Part shown: positions 54,772-64,000 of the stretch, piece by piece
How positions within the stretch are numbered: position 1 is the stretch's first letter
Layout of the letters: each line of letters begins with the position of its first letter
From: Promethearchaeota archaeon
GTDB lineage: Archaea; Asgardarchaeota; Lokiarchaeia; Sigyniarchaeales; SOKP01
Direction of reading: 5' to 3'
DNA: 64,000 nucleotides
Assembly (NCBI GenBank): GCA_048941605.1
Contig: JBHLNL010000002.1
Location: 1,928 to 65,927 of the forward strand
Notes under the pieces: model-generated
What the model saw: the letters and a program-made list of their open reading frames with translations, nothing else
Told to the model about the DNA's origin: nothing
The model's database searches: none
Position numbers and translations under genes: made by a program

Positions 54772-55903
54772 ATTCCTTTTTAAATACGTTAAGAGGCGTT
54801 TTTTCTGTTATTTGGTTATATTTTAACTGTCTAAAAGGTGTGGTTTCTATAATGTAACCTGTCAATTCATAATTTTTTAATATAGATATAATTTGATCCT
54901 CAATTGCTATATAGAAAGGGATTTTAATATTTATTTTATCATAGAATATGAATTTATCATGAATTTTCAGATCTGTTATTAGGAATTTATAAAATTTTTC
55001 AAGATCTTTTTGTTTTCCCTCTATTTGTGCATATAACAAAAGTCCTTCTTCAGTAATTACTTCATAAGGTAATTTTATATTTTTAGCTCTTCGAATATAT
55101 CTATTTTTCAATTGATAATAATCTTTAGCCCTAATAGTACAAAAATGCATTTTTATAGAAACTTTAGGTCCTAATTTTTGAATAAGGTTAATTGCTGTTT
55201 CATGACTATTAATTACGGTGGCAATTGAATCCTTTTTCAATTTGAAACCCCGTTCCTTAAGTGCTTTGCTATTAGGAAAGCAATATTCGAATTCATTTAA
55301 ATTAATGAAGTCTATACCATTATTGTCTAAATAATATATGAAATCCTCTAACAATTTTACATTTTCATCTCCTGGGATAACTGGAACTTCTACCCCTACT
55401 TTCATTTGGGTATTTAACGCTTTCTTAACATTACTCCAATTTTTTCTTCCTGGATGAAACCTTATCTCATCTAATCCTGTTAGAGAAAGTCTTTCAGCAA
55501 TATTCTCATTAAAATTAATGCCATTTGAGTATAAATGGATATGGAACTTTTTTCCCTTTTTAGCTTTGATATAATTAATATAATCAATAGTTTTTTCAAG
55601 ATTTATTTCTGAAAGAGGTTCTCCTCCAGTTATACTCATCCCTTTTGCGCTAATTAATTCAATTTCTTTAAGTAATTCTTCTTTAGTCCTAATCTCTATT
55701 TCATCTGCGAATGTTAGATTCTTTCCTCTCCTTTCTTCTGAAATTGGACAATACCAATTACAATGATCAGGTTTTTGGCAGATACCATTTAAGAATAAAA
55801 CTACTTTACTTCCTTTTAAACAATATTTACATCCTTTGGGAATGCTCCTTCCTTTTATATAATAAGTTTGGCTATCTGTTTTTGCTATTTTTATTTTTCT
55901 CAT
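54752..55903 (-). CDS. radical SAM-like protein with a non-canonical Cys motif
   Basis: GMSITGGEPL glycine-rich SAM motif and TIM-barrel-like body. The Cys cluster is CQKPDHCNWYC (C-x5-C-x3-C) preceded by CKYC, not CxxxCxxC. Confidence 0.55.
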   Translation of the reverse strand: MRKIKIAKTDSQTYYIKGRSIPKGCKYCLKGSKVVLFLNGICQKPDHCNWYCPISEERRGKNLTFADEIEIRTKEELLKEIELISAKGMSITGGEPLSEINLEKTIDYINYIKAKKGKKFHIHLYSNGINFNENIAERLSLTGLDEIRFHPGRKNWSNVKKALNTQMKVGVEVPVIPGDENVKLLEDFIYYLDNNGIDFINLNEFEYCFPNSKALKERGFKLKKDSIATVINSHETAINLIQKLGPKVSIKMHFCTIRAKDYYQLKNRYIRRAKNIKLPYEVITEEGLLLYAQIEGKQKDLEKFYKFLITDLKIHDKFIFYDKINIKIPFYIAIEDQIISILKNYELTGYIIETTPFRQLKYNQITEKTPLNVFKKEYGFNGN

Positions 55904-56607
55904 CTTTTAAATAGTTTTTTTCTTATAATAGATTTTTTATCAGCCAATTCTTTCAAAATATCTTCAGTAGTTTCGTGAATTTGAATTTGTCTCTTTAAAA
56001 ATACCCCTGTTCTTCCATGTTTTTCTCTTCTTAAAAGTACTTTTTTTCTTTCGTTTAATGTATTGATACTAATTCCCACTTCTTTTGCAGAATTAGCTTC
56101 ATTGCCAATAATTGAAATTTCTTCGTGCCCTTGAGAATTTGGTTTTATTAATACTAGTCTTTTATCTATACCAGTTACTCTCAAATCTGATTTCAATTGA
56201 TTTATGTTTATTTTTCCTCCAAAATCATAGAATTCTATTGCTTTCTTCTCTAATTTTGATAAAGGTATTGTAATACTCTCCAATTCACTTAAATGGATAT
56301 AAAGTTTTATGGCATCTAAGGGAGTAGCCATTAATATCTCTCTAAAATAATTTTTAAAACCATTTTTATTTAAAATTAATTCTATTTGAAATGAAGGTAT
56401 TTGCTGAAAAAAGATAATATCTATATCACTATTTTCGTGTGTATCACCACGGGCAATGCTTCCGTGAACAAAGGGATTGAGACCTTCTTTAACGAATATA
56501 TCTAATAAGTTATGTGCAATATCCCTTTTATTTTGTAAAATAGTCCAATCTTCTTTAGAATAAATAACATTTTCATAGTGATCTCTTAAAATTTTTTCTT
56601 GCTTCAT
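55900..56607 (-). CDS. Pol-beta-superfamily nucleotidyltransferase domain protein
   Basis: FVHGSIARGDTHENSDIDI fits the GS-x9-13-DxD minimal NTase motif. 4-nt overlap with the downstream radical SAM-like gene. Confidence 0.6.
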   Translation of the reverse strand: MKQEKILRDHYENVIYSKEDWTILQNKRDIAHNLLDIFVKEGLNPFVHGSIARGDTHENSDIDIIFFQQIPSFQIELILNKNGFKNYFREILMATPLDAIKLYIHLSELESITIPLSKLEKKAIEFYDFGGKININQLKSDLRVTGIDKRLVLIKPNSQGHEEISIIGNEANSAKEVGISINTLNERKKVLLRREKHGRTGVFLKRQIQIHETTEDILKELADKKSIIRKKLFKR

Positions 56608-56610
56608 AAC

Positions 56611-57450
56611 TCAAACTAAATTTTTTGATTTCAGTAATTTATTGTCAAAGATATCAATAATCATGCCTAGAACAATGGTTTCATAATATTTAAACGAATA
56701 AGTGGCTTTCTCTATAGTTAAATATTTTAAATTCTTTACTCTTTGTGGTACAATTACAGTTAAAAATTTCTTCAGATGTTTATTTTTTAAAATTAGGACT
56801 GATCTACTACTGAATATTACATAGTTTTGAGTACGTAAGGTATTTTCTTTAACAAGATCATAGAAAGCAGAGAAATTTCTCTTGTTTAGCTTTGGATTAA
56901 TCATTAAAACACCCAAATTATTAGGATCTGATAAAATTAGGCTATTATTTAACATAGGTTTTGAATGGTTTAATATAATGTAATTAGTGTTATTTATCAT
57001 ATTTTTGAGTTTGAGAGAATCTATAATAGCGGAAATAAGTGATTTCAACTCAGTACTTATATTTTTTTCAAATTTTATACTCTCTGTAAAATTCTTGGTA
57101 TTTAATTTTATATTTATTATAGTGAAACCATAACTACATAACCCTTCTATTAATATTTTGGAGAATTTTCTTTTGTACCTCCTTCCAAATAATATAATTG
57201 GAGGACATGAACTGAATTTTTCTTTTAAAGATAAATTTCTAGTAAAATTCCACTTCTTTATAAGATCAAAATGATTCTCAGCAATTTTTGGCATTTTTGA
57301 GAACGAGTAATGTTCTAGAGCTTGATTTGAAAAAGAATTACGCCATCTGTGGGTAAATTTAAATATTTTTACACTAAAGAGTAGCACAAGCAATAAGAAA
57401 ATTATAATTGTGTCGATTAAAATCCAATCCAATTGAAAAATACTTGTCAT
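56611..57450 (-). CDS. hypothetical protein with an N-terminal TM anchor
   Basis: N-terminal WILIDTIIIFLLLVLLFSV helix. The rest is unassigned. Confidence 0.4.
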   Translation of the reverse strand: MTSIFQLDWILIDTIIIFLLLVLLFSVKIFKFTHRWRNSFSNQALEHYSFSKMPKIAENHFDLIKKWNFTRNLSLKEKFSSCPPIILFGRRYKRKFSKILIEGLCSYGFTIINIKLNTKNFTESIKFEKNISTELKSLISAIIDSLKLKNMINNTNYIILNHSKPMLNNSLILSDPNNLGVLMINPKLNKRNFSAFYDLVKENTLRTQNYVIFSSRSVLILKNKHLKKFLTVIVPQRVKNLKYLTIEKATYSFKYYETIVLGMIIDIFDNKLLKSKNLV

Positions 57451-57474
57451 GATAATAGAAAATTAAATTTAACC

Positions 57475-57789
57475 CTAATCTACAACTTCAGATATCCAGT
57501 TTAAATATTTTTCAGAACCTGTTTCGATTTTAAATCCAATACATTCTGGGGTTTCATAACTGTGAATTTCATTGATTTTTTGGATAATAAGTTCATTATT
57601 TTCTTGGATTGTCTTGATGAGCAATAAACATTCGTTTTCTTCTTCAATTTTTCCCTTCCATCTATATATAGAAAAAACATTATGAATGATATTTACACAT
57701 GCAGCGAGTTTACTTTCAACTAAAATCTTTGCTATTCTTTCACCCTCCTCTTTATTTGGTACAGTAACAAAAAAAATATAGTGACTCAT
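57475..57789 (-). CDS. cutA: divalent-cation tolerance protein CutA (start moved to the internal ATG at 57789)
   Basis: MSHYIFFVTVPNKEEGERIAKILVESKLAACVNI...SIYRWKGKIEEENECLLLIKT...HSYETPECIGF...YLNWI matches CutA end to end. Confidence 0.8.
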   Translation of the reverse strand: MSHYIFFVTVPNKEEGERIAKILVESKLAACVNIIHNVFSIYRWKGKIEEENECLLLIKTIQENNELIIQKINEIHSYETPECIGFKIETGSEKYLNWISEVVD

Positions 57790-57937
57790 ATCTGATCTTT
57801 TATTAGTAATTTTAATTTTGATTAATGATGTACATAATATCAACTTTAATAGATCTGAATAACTTATAAAGAAATTTAAATTGGTATAATTCTATTAAAT
57901 ATACAATTAAAATATTATATCTGAGGTACATAAAAAC

Positions 57938-58663
57938 TTGCTGCATAATGTTTATCTTATTCACCAATATACCGGGATTTGTTTAATCCACCGGAAATAT
58001 GGGACTATTGAGTTTAATCAAGATTTAGTTAGTGGTTTTCTCACAGCATTAAAGGATTTTAGTGTCGAATTTTCGAAAGGTTCTGGGGAATTGAAAGTAA
58101 TTGATATGCAAGTGTTTTACTTGCTATTAGTGTTTAAGGAGGGGGTATTGATTACAGCTGCAGCTGATAAAAATGATGATGCGAAAATAACACATAAGGC
58201 ATTAACAGATATTATTGATAAATTTGTAGTCCAATACGGTAATCAACTCGAAAGTTGGTCAGGTGACGTTCGTATCTTTCGTGACTTTGACCAAATAATT
58301 GATGAAATTTTAAAGAGAGGAAGAATTGCTGAAATCCAATTGAAGCTTCCAATTTTAAAGATTTTCAAGAAGGATTTTCTTAAATCGCAGAAACAGATTG
58401 CGAAGAAGGGTTTGGTTTTATCAGAAGATGATTTGCGAGTAGTTAGAGATCAGAAACCAGAATGGACTGCAAAACGACTACCCAAGCAAATAATTACACA
58501 AGGATTTTTAGATAAAAAGGAATTTAAAATAGCCCATTTAGCGGATGGATTTCACACAATTGCTGAAATTGCTGAAGAATCTGGTCGACCAGAATCTGAG
58601 ATTCTACGAATAATAGGAAGTTTAGATGATTTAGGTTTAATCTCATATATAGAAATCAAATAA
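57938..58663 (+). CDS. longin-like N-terminal domain + C-terminal winged-HTH protein
   Basis: TTG start. VYLIHQYTGICLIHRKYG...DLVSGFLTALKDFSVEF...VIDMQVFYLLLVFKEGVLITAAADKNDD..ITHKALTDIIDKFV follows a beta2-alpha-beta3-alpha longin/sigma-adaptin-like pattern. C-terminal HTIAEIAEESGRPESEILRIIGSLDDLGLISYIE looks like a wHTH. Confidence 0.4.
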   Translation: MLHNVYLIHQYTGICLIHRKYGTIEFNQDLVSGFLTALKDFSVEFSKGSGELKVIDMQVFYLLLVFKEGVLITAAADKNDDAKITHKALTDIIDKFVVQYGNQLESWSGDVRIFRDFDQIIDEILKRGRIAEIQLKLPILKIFKKDFLKSQKQIAKKGLVLSEDDLRVVRDQKPEWTAKRLPKQIITQGFLDKKEFKIAHLADGFHTIAEIAEESGRPESEILRIIGSLDDLGLISYIEIK

Positions 58664-58788
58664 TTTTATAAATTACCTTTTTAAGGCACCTATATATAAA
58701 GTAATCAATTTTGGATTTCACTGTTTTTTGACTTATTATTGAATTAAATGAAAATATTTTTGAAAACTGCTTTACTTATAAAGTTAGT

Positions 58789-60261
58789 ATGAATGTTAAT
58801 AAAATTGCTGACAATATCTATGAGATTCCTCCAAAAACTTTAATGACACGGATTAAAGGAAATATCGAGAAATTTCAGATGATTGTTCCTGTAAAAATTT
58901 ATGCAAATGATTACATTTTAGAAAAAATACGTTTAGATCGTACGTTAGACCAGATATGTAATGTTGCATGTTTACCCGGTATAAAGAAACATGCTATTGC
59001 TCTTTCGGATGCTCATCAAGGATATGGATTTTGTATAGGGGGCGTTGCTGGGACAGATGCAGAGGATGGAATGATTTCTCCTGGTGGTGTTGGATATGAT
59101 ATTAATTGTGGTGTAAGACTATTAAAATCTAATTTATTTCTTAAAGATATCAAGAATGTACTTCCAAAGCTGTTAAATACAATTTTTAATAATATCCCCT
59201 CAGGTTTAGGATCGAAAGGTAAATTAAACATAGGCTATTCAGAATTAGATAAAGTTTTAAATAATGGGGTGAATTGGGCTTTTGATAATGATTATGCATT
59301 AGAAGAGGATCTTAAACATTTAGAAGAAAATGGATGTTTAAAGGATGCTGATGCTAGTTTAGTTTCACAAAAAGCGAAACAGCGAGCTATAAAACAGCTT
59401 GGTTCTTTAGGAAGTGGAAATCACTTTCTTGAAATACAAAAAGTTGATCAAATTTATAATGAGGGTATTGCTAAAGCTATGGGAATTTATGAAAAGAATC
59501 AAATTACAATTATGGTTCACACAGGAAGTAGAGCTCTTGGACATCAAGTATGTACAGATTCTTTGCGCAGTATTGAACAGGCAATGAAAGAATACAATAT
59601 AAAAGTTCCTGATAGAGAATTAGCTTGTGTTCCTGCAAATACATCTGAAGCACAAAACTATTTGAAACAGATGTCATGTGCTGCTAATTTTGGATTTACA
59701 AATCGTCAATTAATCACTCATTGGTTAAGAGAATCCTTTCAAAATACCTTTAAAAAAGATATAGACGATTTGGATTTACATTTAATCTATGGTGTTTGCC
59801 ATAATATTTTGAAAATAGAAGAACATGAAATTGATGGAAAAAAAGTGAAATTAAATGTTCATAGAAAAGGTGCAACTAGAGCATTTCCACCAGAACATCC
59901 TGTTCTACCATCTGAGTATAAATCTATTGGTCAGCCTGCATTAATCCCAGGAACGATGGGTTCTGCTTCTTATCTTTGTGTAGGTAAAAAGAATGCTATG
60001 GATCTGTCATTTGGTTCTACTGCGCATGGCTCTGGAAGAGTTATGTCTAGAGCTAAAGCTACTAAGAAATATTGGGGAGAACGAGTTAAAGATAGCCTAA
60101 GTAAACAAGGTATAATGGTGAAAGCTGCTTCGATGAAAGTAATCGCTGAAGAGGCTCCTGGGGCATATAAAGATATTGATCAAGTTGTTCAAGTAAGTCA
60201 TGATCTAGGAATTGTTGAAAAAGTAGTAAGATTAGTTCCTGTAGGTGTGGTAAAGGGCTAA
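58789..60261 (+). CDS. rtcB: RNA-splicing ligase RtcB
   Basis: LPGIKKHAIALSDAHQGYGFCIGGV...GGVGYDINCGVRLL...GSGNHFLEIQ...HTGSRALGH...CHNI...HRKGATRA...STAHGSGR are diagnostic RtcB motifs. No intein. Confidence 0.93.
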   Translation: MNVNKIADNIYEIPPKTLMTRIKGNIEKFQMIVPVKIYANDYILEKIRLDRTLDQICNVACLPGIKKHAIALSDAHQGYGFCIGGVAGTDAEDGMISPGGVGYDINCGVRLLKSNLFLKDIKNVLPKLLNTIFNNIPSGLGSKGKLNIGYSELDKVLNNGVNWAFDNDYALEEDLKHLEENGCLKDADASLVSQKAKQRAIKQLGSLGSGNHFLEIQKVDQIYNEGIAKAMGIYEKNQITIMVHTGSRALGHQVCTDSLRSIEQAMKEYNIKVPDRELACVPANTSEAQNYLKQMSCAANFGFTNRQLITHWLRESFQNTFKKDIDDLDLHLIYGVCHNILKIEEHEIDGKKVKLNVHRKGATRAFPPEHPVLPSEYKSIGQPALIPGTMGSASYLCVGKKNAMDLSFGSTAHGSGRVMSRAKATKKYWGERVKDSLSKQGIMVKAASMKVIAEEAPGAYKDIDQVVQVSHDLGIVEKVVRLVPVGVVKG

Positions 60262-60269
60262 ATTCTTAT

Positions 60270-60707
60270 TTAGATATCAAAAACAATATTTATTTTTACA
60301 TTATTCTTTTTTTCTTCGATCTTCATGAAAGAATAAGTTATAGCTTTGACTTCTGTACCTGGTTCATGTTTTTGTTTATCAAATTTTTCTCCAGAAGCAT
60401 GTGCTTTTAAAAAATATTTTCCTTTATCTTTTTTTATAGGGTGAATACTTATTTTGTTAAATATAAGTTCTTCTACATCAAAAAGATAAAGGAATTCTGA
60501 AAGGAAATCAAATAATAATGCTTCTTTATCTTCTGCTTCAATTTTTATAGTTCTATCAATTTTTGGAGTTATTATTTTTAAACTGGGTGTAATTGTTTCC
60601 ATTAAACTATATGCTGTTTGCTCAAAAGCTTCTTCCAAGGAATTGCCCCGAATTTCAACTGAAACATCAGCAGTGTGATTCAGAAATTTATACCCTGCTT
60701 TTTTCAT
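60270..60707 (-). CDS. archease (RtcB activator)
   Basis: YKFLNHTADVSVEIRGNSLEEAFEQTAYSLMETI...VKAITYS pattern and size (145 aa). Convergent with rtcB, 8 nt apart. Confidence 0.85.
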   Translation of the reverse strand: MKKAGYKFLNHTADVSVEIRGNSLEEAFEQTAYSLMETITPSLKIITPKIDRTIKIEAEDKEALLFDFLSEFLYLFDVEELIFNKISIHPIKKDKGKYFLKAHASGEKFDKQKHEPGTEVKAITYSFMKIEEKKNNVKINIVFDI

Positions 60708-60824
60708 CTTTTCGTTAACGATTGATTGATAATTGCATTATTTTGAAATGTTTGATATAGATAGCATTTTAGCAGTTATATAACTTTCTTAGTAGTTTAA
60801 ATTGATTTTAGAAAATGTTACTAT

Positions 60825-61325
60825 ATGTTTTATACAATTGCGGATGATTTGATCTTTTATCAAGTATTTTCCTTTGTTAAAAAATACACAAATTATGAAC
60901 TAAAACTGCGTGAATATTTTTATGAAAAGACTCAGGGAATCTATCCAGAATTTATAGTAGTAATTAGGCAATTTATCTTCTTTTTTATTAAAAAAGAACA
61001 TTATTTCAATGCTAAAGAGTATTTAGACTCTATGAGAAGGGAGCTAATTAATAGAAAGATTATAATCATAAGAATTGAAAGAATTCTAATTAATATGTTG
61101 TTTAGTTTTTTTCCTGATTTAAACATAGATACTGTAAAAATAGAGAACGATTATGAATCAGGTAAAAGAGAAATTTCAGTATATTTCCTTTTTTTTAAAG
61201 AAAGGGGTATTGCAATAGGGCGTAATGGAGATTATATTAGAGCAGTAAACGAAATATTTGAAAAATATGTTAAATTTGTGAACAAAAATTCTCCAGTAAG
61301 AGTAAAGTGTAAATTCAAGGAATAA
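60825..61325 (+). CDS. hypothetical protein with a possible KH-like GxxG segment
   Basis: GIAIGRNGDYIRAVNEIF resembles a KH GxxG loop. The rest is unassigned. Confidence 0.3.
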   Translation: MFYTIADDLIFYQVFSFVKKYTNYELKLREYFYEKTQGIYPEFIVVIRQFIFFFIKKEHYFNAKEYLDSMRRELINRKIIIIRIERILINMLFSFFPDLNIDTVKIENDYESGKREISVYFLFFKERGIAIGRNGDYIRAVNEIFEKYVKFVNKNSPVRVKCKFKE

Positions 61326-61343
61326 AGTCAATTTACTACGATT

Positions 61344-62114
61344 TTACCATGGTACATCTTTTAAACCTATGAAATAAGCTACTGTATTCGCAATAATACT
61401 TACAGCAGGGGTTAAAATTATCAAAAAAACTAGGATAAAAGTATCTGGTAATAAAAACAGATTTGGTGCAATAAAACCAGGGATTGAGATAAATAATAAT
61501 GCAACTAAGGCAAAATCAAGTTGATCTACTATCCAAAAAGGAGCTCCGCTTTTAATATCAAATCTCCTTTTAAAAAATGAACCTATCAAATCACCTAATA
61601 CAGCCCCATATGAGGCTAAAACAATTCTTATAATTAAGACAAGGAAATTAATTGGAAATTCTCCACCTATAAAATAATATTCAAAAACTTTCATATTGTT
61701 ATATAGAATATATTGTCCTGAGGCAGCCGCATCCCCAATAACCTCCTGAATCGGTAACCATAAACCATTAAAAAGGAGAAAAATGCAGAAAGAAATAGGA
61801 ATTCCAATATATAAAGGTCCTTTTAGTCCTTTCCAAGTTTTATGATCCCCTAGGATTCTCCTTCCATCACGGAAATTTCTCCCACCATCAATAGGTTTAC
61901 CTCCACCAGTGATAACCATTGAAGCATTTGAAATGTAAGCTGGAACAATGATAAGAAGGCTAAATATCAATAGAGCAACCCAATCAGCCCAATTAAAAAT
62001 AAACGAAATTACAAGAAAATTAGCTAAAATTAATGTTGCAAATACTATTGCTAAAATTATAGCAACCTTTTTATTATTTTTTTCAGTATCTCTACGATAA
62101 ATTTCAGCTGGCAA
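61344..62114 (-). CDS. carS: CDP-archaeol synthase (CarS, DUF46 family)
   Basis: GGGKPIDGGRNFRDGRRILGDHKTWKGLKG plus a polytopic membrane body match the CarS cytoplasmic-loop signature. Confidence 0.8.
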   Translation of the reverse strand: MPAEIYRRDTEKNNKKVAIILAIVFATLILANFLVISFIFNWADWVALLIFSLLIIVPAYISNASMVITGGGKPIDGGRNFRDGRRILGDHKTWKGLKGPLYIGIPISFCIFLLFNGLWLPIQEVIGDAAASGQYILYNNMKVFEYYFIGGEFPINFLVLIIRIVLASYGAVLGDLIGSFFKRRFDIKSGAPFWIVDQLDFALVALLFISIPGFIAPNLFLLPDTFILVFLIILTPAVSIIANTVAYFIGLKDVPW

Positions 62115-62426
62115 CGTTAAATAATCCTTTATAAGGTATACTATTTAGTTAAAAAAATGTTTGATTAAATTAAATTTTTTTTAAATGAAAAAATTGTTAA
62201 TAAGAACTTAATAAATATTGCTTCATAAATAATATTCTTTTAAAATACCGACAATAATATTATAATTTATTGAAAAGATTCATCAAAATTAGCTATTAAA
62301 GCTTTAACATTTTTCTAATAAATTAAAGATTAATAATTAACTTTATATATGCAATTGAAATAAATTATATATTTTAATTTCGAGTGCAAATATTTTTATG
62401 AAAGTGATGGAGTAATGGTGTAATAA

Positions 62427-63734
62427 TTGTTGAACAATCAAAATAATAATCATCAATTTAATATCGATAAATTTTATAAAAGTTACCTCAATGGTCCAAG
62501 GATCTTTAAAAATCGAGATGCACTGGATTCCTGGTATATTCCAGAAGAATTACCTCACCGAGACTTCCAGATTAAAAATATTGCTGAAAAAACAGCTTGT
62601 GCTTTATTAGGTGATACACCACCAAGTTTCTTATGTTATGGGATGACAGGAACAGGGAAAACAGCGACTATAAGATATGTAAGTCAGAAACTGGCACACC
62701 AAACTTCAGAGATTAAACCATGGTGGATTTATATTAACTGCAATGTTGTATCGACACCCTATCGTATTTTGGCTCATATTTATAACACGATTTCAAGACA
62801 AGAAAAAATCCCTCCAACAGGGCTTCCCAAGGATATAATTTTCAAAAAATTGCTTGGATTATTAGATTCAAAAATTGGGAATTCAATTTGCTTTTTAGTT
62901 TTAGATGAGATTGATATATTGGTTAATAAAAAAGGTGGAAATGAAATCTTATATGATTTAACAAGATTAAATGAGAATTTAGACAAATGTAAGACTTGTT
63001 TAATAGGAATTTCAAATAAATTGAAATTCAGAGAAAATTTGGATCCGAGAATAATATCAAGTTTAGGCGAAGAACATATTGTCTTTCCTTCTTATGATGC
63101 GAGTGAATTAAGAGACATTTTAATTGAAAGAGCTAAAATAGCTTTTAATGAGGGTGTTTTGAAGGAGGAAGTTATTCCATTATGTGCCGCTTTTGCTGCA
63201 AAGGAAAATGGTGATGCCCGAAAAGCATTACAATTATTAAGGAAAGCTGGTGAATTAGTTGAGAGAGTACAAAACAAAATTGTCACATCTAAGCATGTAG
63301 AAAAAGCTCAAGAAGAATTAGAAAATGATCATATTATGGAGTACATTAAAGGTATCCCACTCCAATCACAATTAGTATTAACCTCAATTTATTTAATTTC
63401 GAGATTCAGTCCTGAGCACATTATAATATCTGGAGATATTTATGATGTTCACTCAGAAATTAGAGGGTTAATACCGGGGATTAGACAATTAACAAAAAGA
63501 AGAATTAGTGATTATATTAATGAATTAGCATTGGCAGGGATAATTTCTGCTGATGTTAAATCGATGGGACATTATGGAAGAACCAAGATAATTAAATTAG
63601 ATATTAGTGTGGAGTTAGTAGAAAAAGCCTTATTAGAGAGTGATAAGATTAAGGGTATAATGAATTATAAACCCGCCTTTTTACAAGCAAATAAAGTTAA
63701 ACTAAAAAATAATATATTTAAAAAGTTAATTTAA
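62427..63734 (+). CDS. cdc6: Orc1/Cdc6 replication initiator
   Basis: ELPHRDFQIKNI, Walker A YGMTGTGKTATI, Walker B FLVLDEIDILV, GDARKALQLLRKAG sensor-2 region, and a C-terminal winged helix. TTG start. Confidence 0.9.
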   Translation: MLNNQNNNHQFNIDKFYKSYLNGPRIFKNRDALDSWYIPEELPHRDFQIKNIAEKTACALLGDTPPSFLCYGMTGTGKTATIRYVSQKLAHQTSEIKPWWIYINCNVVSTPYRILAHIYNTISRQEKIPPTGLPKDIIFKKLLGLLDSKIGNSICFLVLDEIDILVNKKGGNEILYDLTRLNENLDKCKTCLIGISNKLKFRENLDPRIISSLGEEHIVFPSYDASELRDILIERAKIAFNEGVLKEEVIPLCAAFAAKENGDARKALQLLRKAGELVERVQNKIVTSKHVEKAQEELENDHIMEYIKGIPLQSQLVLTSIYLISRFSPEHIIISGDIYDVHSEIRGLIPGIRQLTKRRISDYINELALAGIISADVKSMGHYGRTKIIKLDISVELVEKALLESDKIKGIMNYKPAFLQANKVKLKNNIFKKLI

Positions 63735-63994
63735 GCTGAAAAATCCCATTTATCAATATTTTCTGCTAACTGATTTAGAAAAAACTCAGCAATATTTTCA
63801 TCTTTATCTTTCAATAACAAAAATAATTTTGCCAAATGTTTACAAAATTTTTTATTCTCAGCCCTTCTTGTCTCAAAATCATGACAATTATGTTGTAAGA
63901 TCTTTTTATTAGTATCTATTTCTATTATATAAGATTCCTCTTTTGAACCCTTAACTTTTGATTTAATAATTCCTTGAGTAGAATCAAATTTCAA
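63731..63994 (-). CDS. SWIM-type zinc-finger-like small protein
   Basis: YIIEIDTNKKILQHNCHDFETRRAENKKFCKHLAKLF follows the SWIM pattern (CxC..DF...CKH), with His replacing the first Cys. Confidence 0.5.
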   Translation of the reverse strand: MKFDSTQGIIKSKVKGSKEESYIIEIDTNKKILQHNCHDFETRRAENKKFCKHLAKLFLLLKDKDENIAEFFLNQLAENIDKWDFSA

Positions 63995-64000
63995 TAATTC

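Noticed and set aside
62115-62426. A replication origin upstream of orc1/cdc6.
   Set aside because: The 312-nt AT-rich gap is a plausible location. I could not find repeated ORB/mini-ORB-like elements, G-strings or flanking inverted repeats, so no origin feature is called. It needs a genome-wide skew analysis or MFA-seq.
2039-63286. About 35 short ORFs in the supplied track that lie antisense inside longer genes. Examples are 2039..2290, 2884..3153, 3358..3552, 4120..4320, 4544..4729, 4919..5197, 6816..7157, 14613..14804, 15795..15980, 16860..17153, 18693..18878, 19053..19331, 20800..20988, 26102..26356, 27452..27766, 27975..28214, 31386..31586, 32364..32588, 34406..34615, 39724..39939, 45313..45504, 46470..46664, 47520..47705, 52782..53036, 53448..53660, 54548..54826, 55711..55914, 59016..59231, 62780..62986 and 63092..63286.
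   Set aside because: Each overlaps a longer ORF on the opposite strand (or another frame) that has clear family motifs or operon context. Their products are low-complexity (S/L/F/I-rich), as expected from antisense reading of AT-rich coding DNA.
1-64000. CRISPR arrays, rRNA genes, IS elements and toxin-antitoxin pairs.
   Set aside because: No regularly spaced direct repeats, no rRNA-like GC-rich blocks and no transposase or integrase motifs were seen anywhere in the window.

Overview
This is a very AT-rich archaeal chromosomal window, densely coded on both strands. There are no rRNA genes, CRISPR arrays, transposases or integrases. The backbone is archaeal information-processing housekeeping:
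- exosome superoperon psmA-SBDS-rrp4-rrp41-rrp42
- TFB and uL2
- gatE-gatD
- Elp3
- pyrD-pyrK
- Nop5-fibrillarin
- RNase HII
- archaeal SAM synthetase
- HypB
- Pelota
- RtcB and archease
- CDP-archaeol synthase
- Orc1/Cdc6
- four tRNAs, one carrying an intron

A profilin-like gene, an Elf1-type zinc-ribbon factor and a longin-like protein suggest an Asgard (Loki-like) archaeon. That assignment is inference from motifs, not a database result.

Main second-look items:
1. A 30-nt intervening sequence with two in-frame stops splits the RNase HII gene. It folds by hand into a canonical bulge-helix-bulge splicing motif, and removing it restores GIDEAGR|GSVLGP.
2. A tightly packed eight-gene minus-strand operon (49504..40563) of unknown function. 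It contains one classical AAA ATPase, a duplicated zinc-ribbon protein, coiled-coil proteins, a Rad50/SMC-like protein whose ATPase motifs all appear replaced, and a small tandem winged-helix protein.
3. A small coiled-coil protein with a GPPPPP-type polyproline tract and a C-terminal motif resembling Ena/VASP or WH2 actin-binding helices.
4. Three TM + left-handed beta-helix modules spread over two adjacent genes.
5. Tandem RHH-DHp-REC proteins lacking a kinase domain, plus a decayed third copy next to a tRNA.
6. A 5.7-kb accessory segment bounded by paralogous genes and a 13-nt direct repeat.
7. An AN1 zinc-finger membrane protein whose finger lies upstream of an in-frame TGA.

All functional calls rest on motif recognition by eye and need profile or structure searches.
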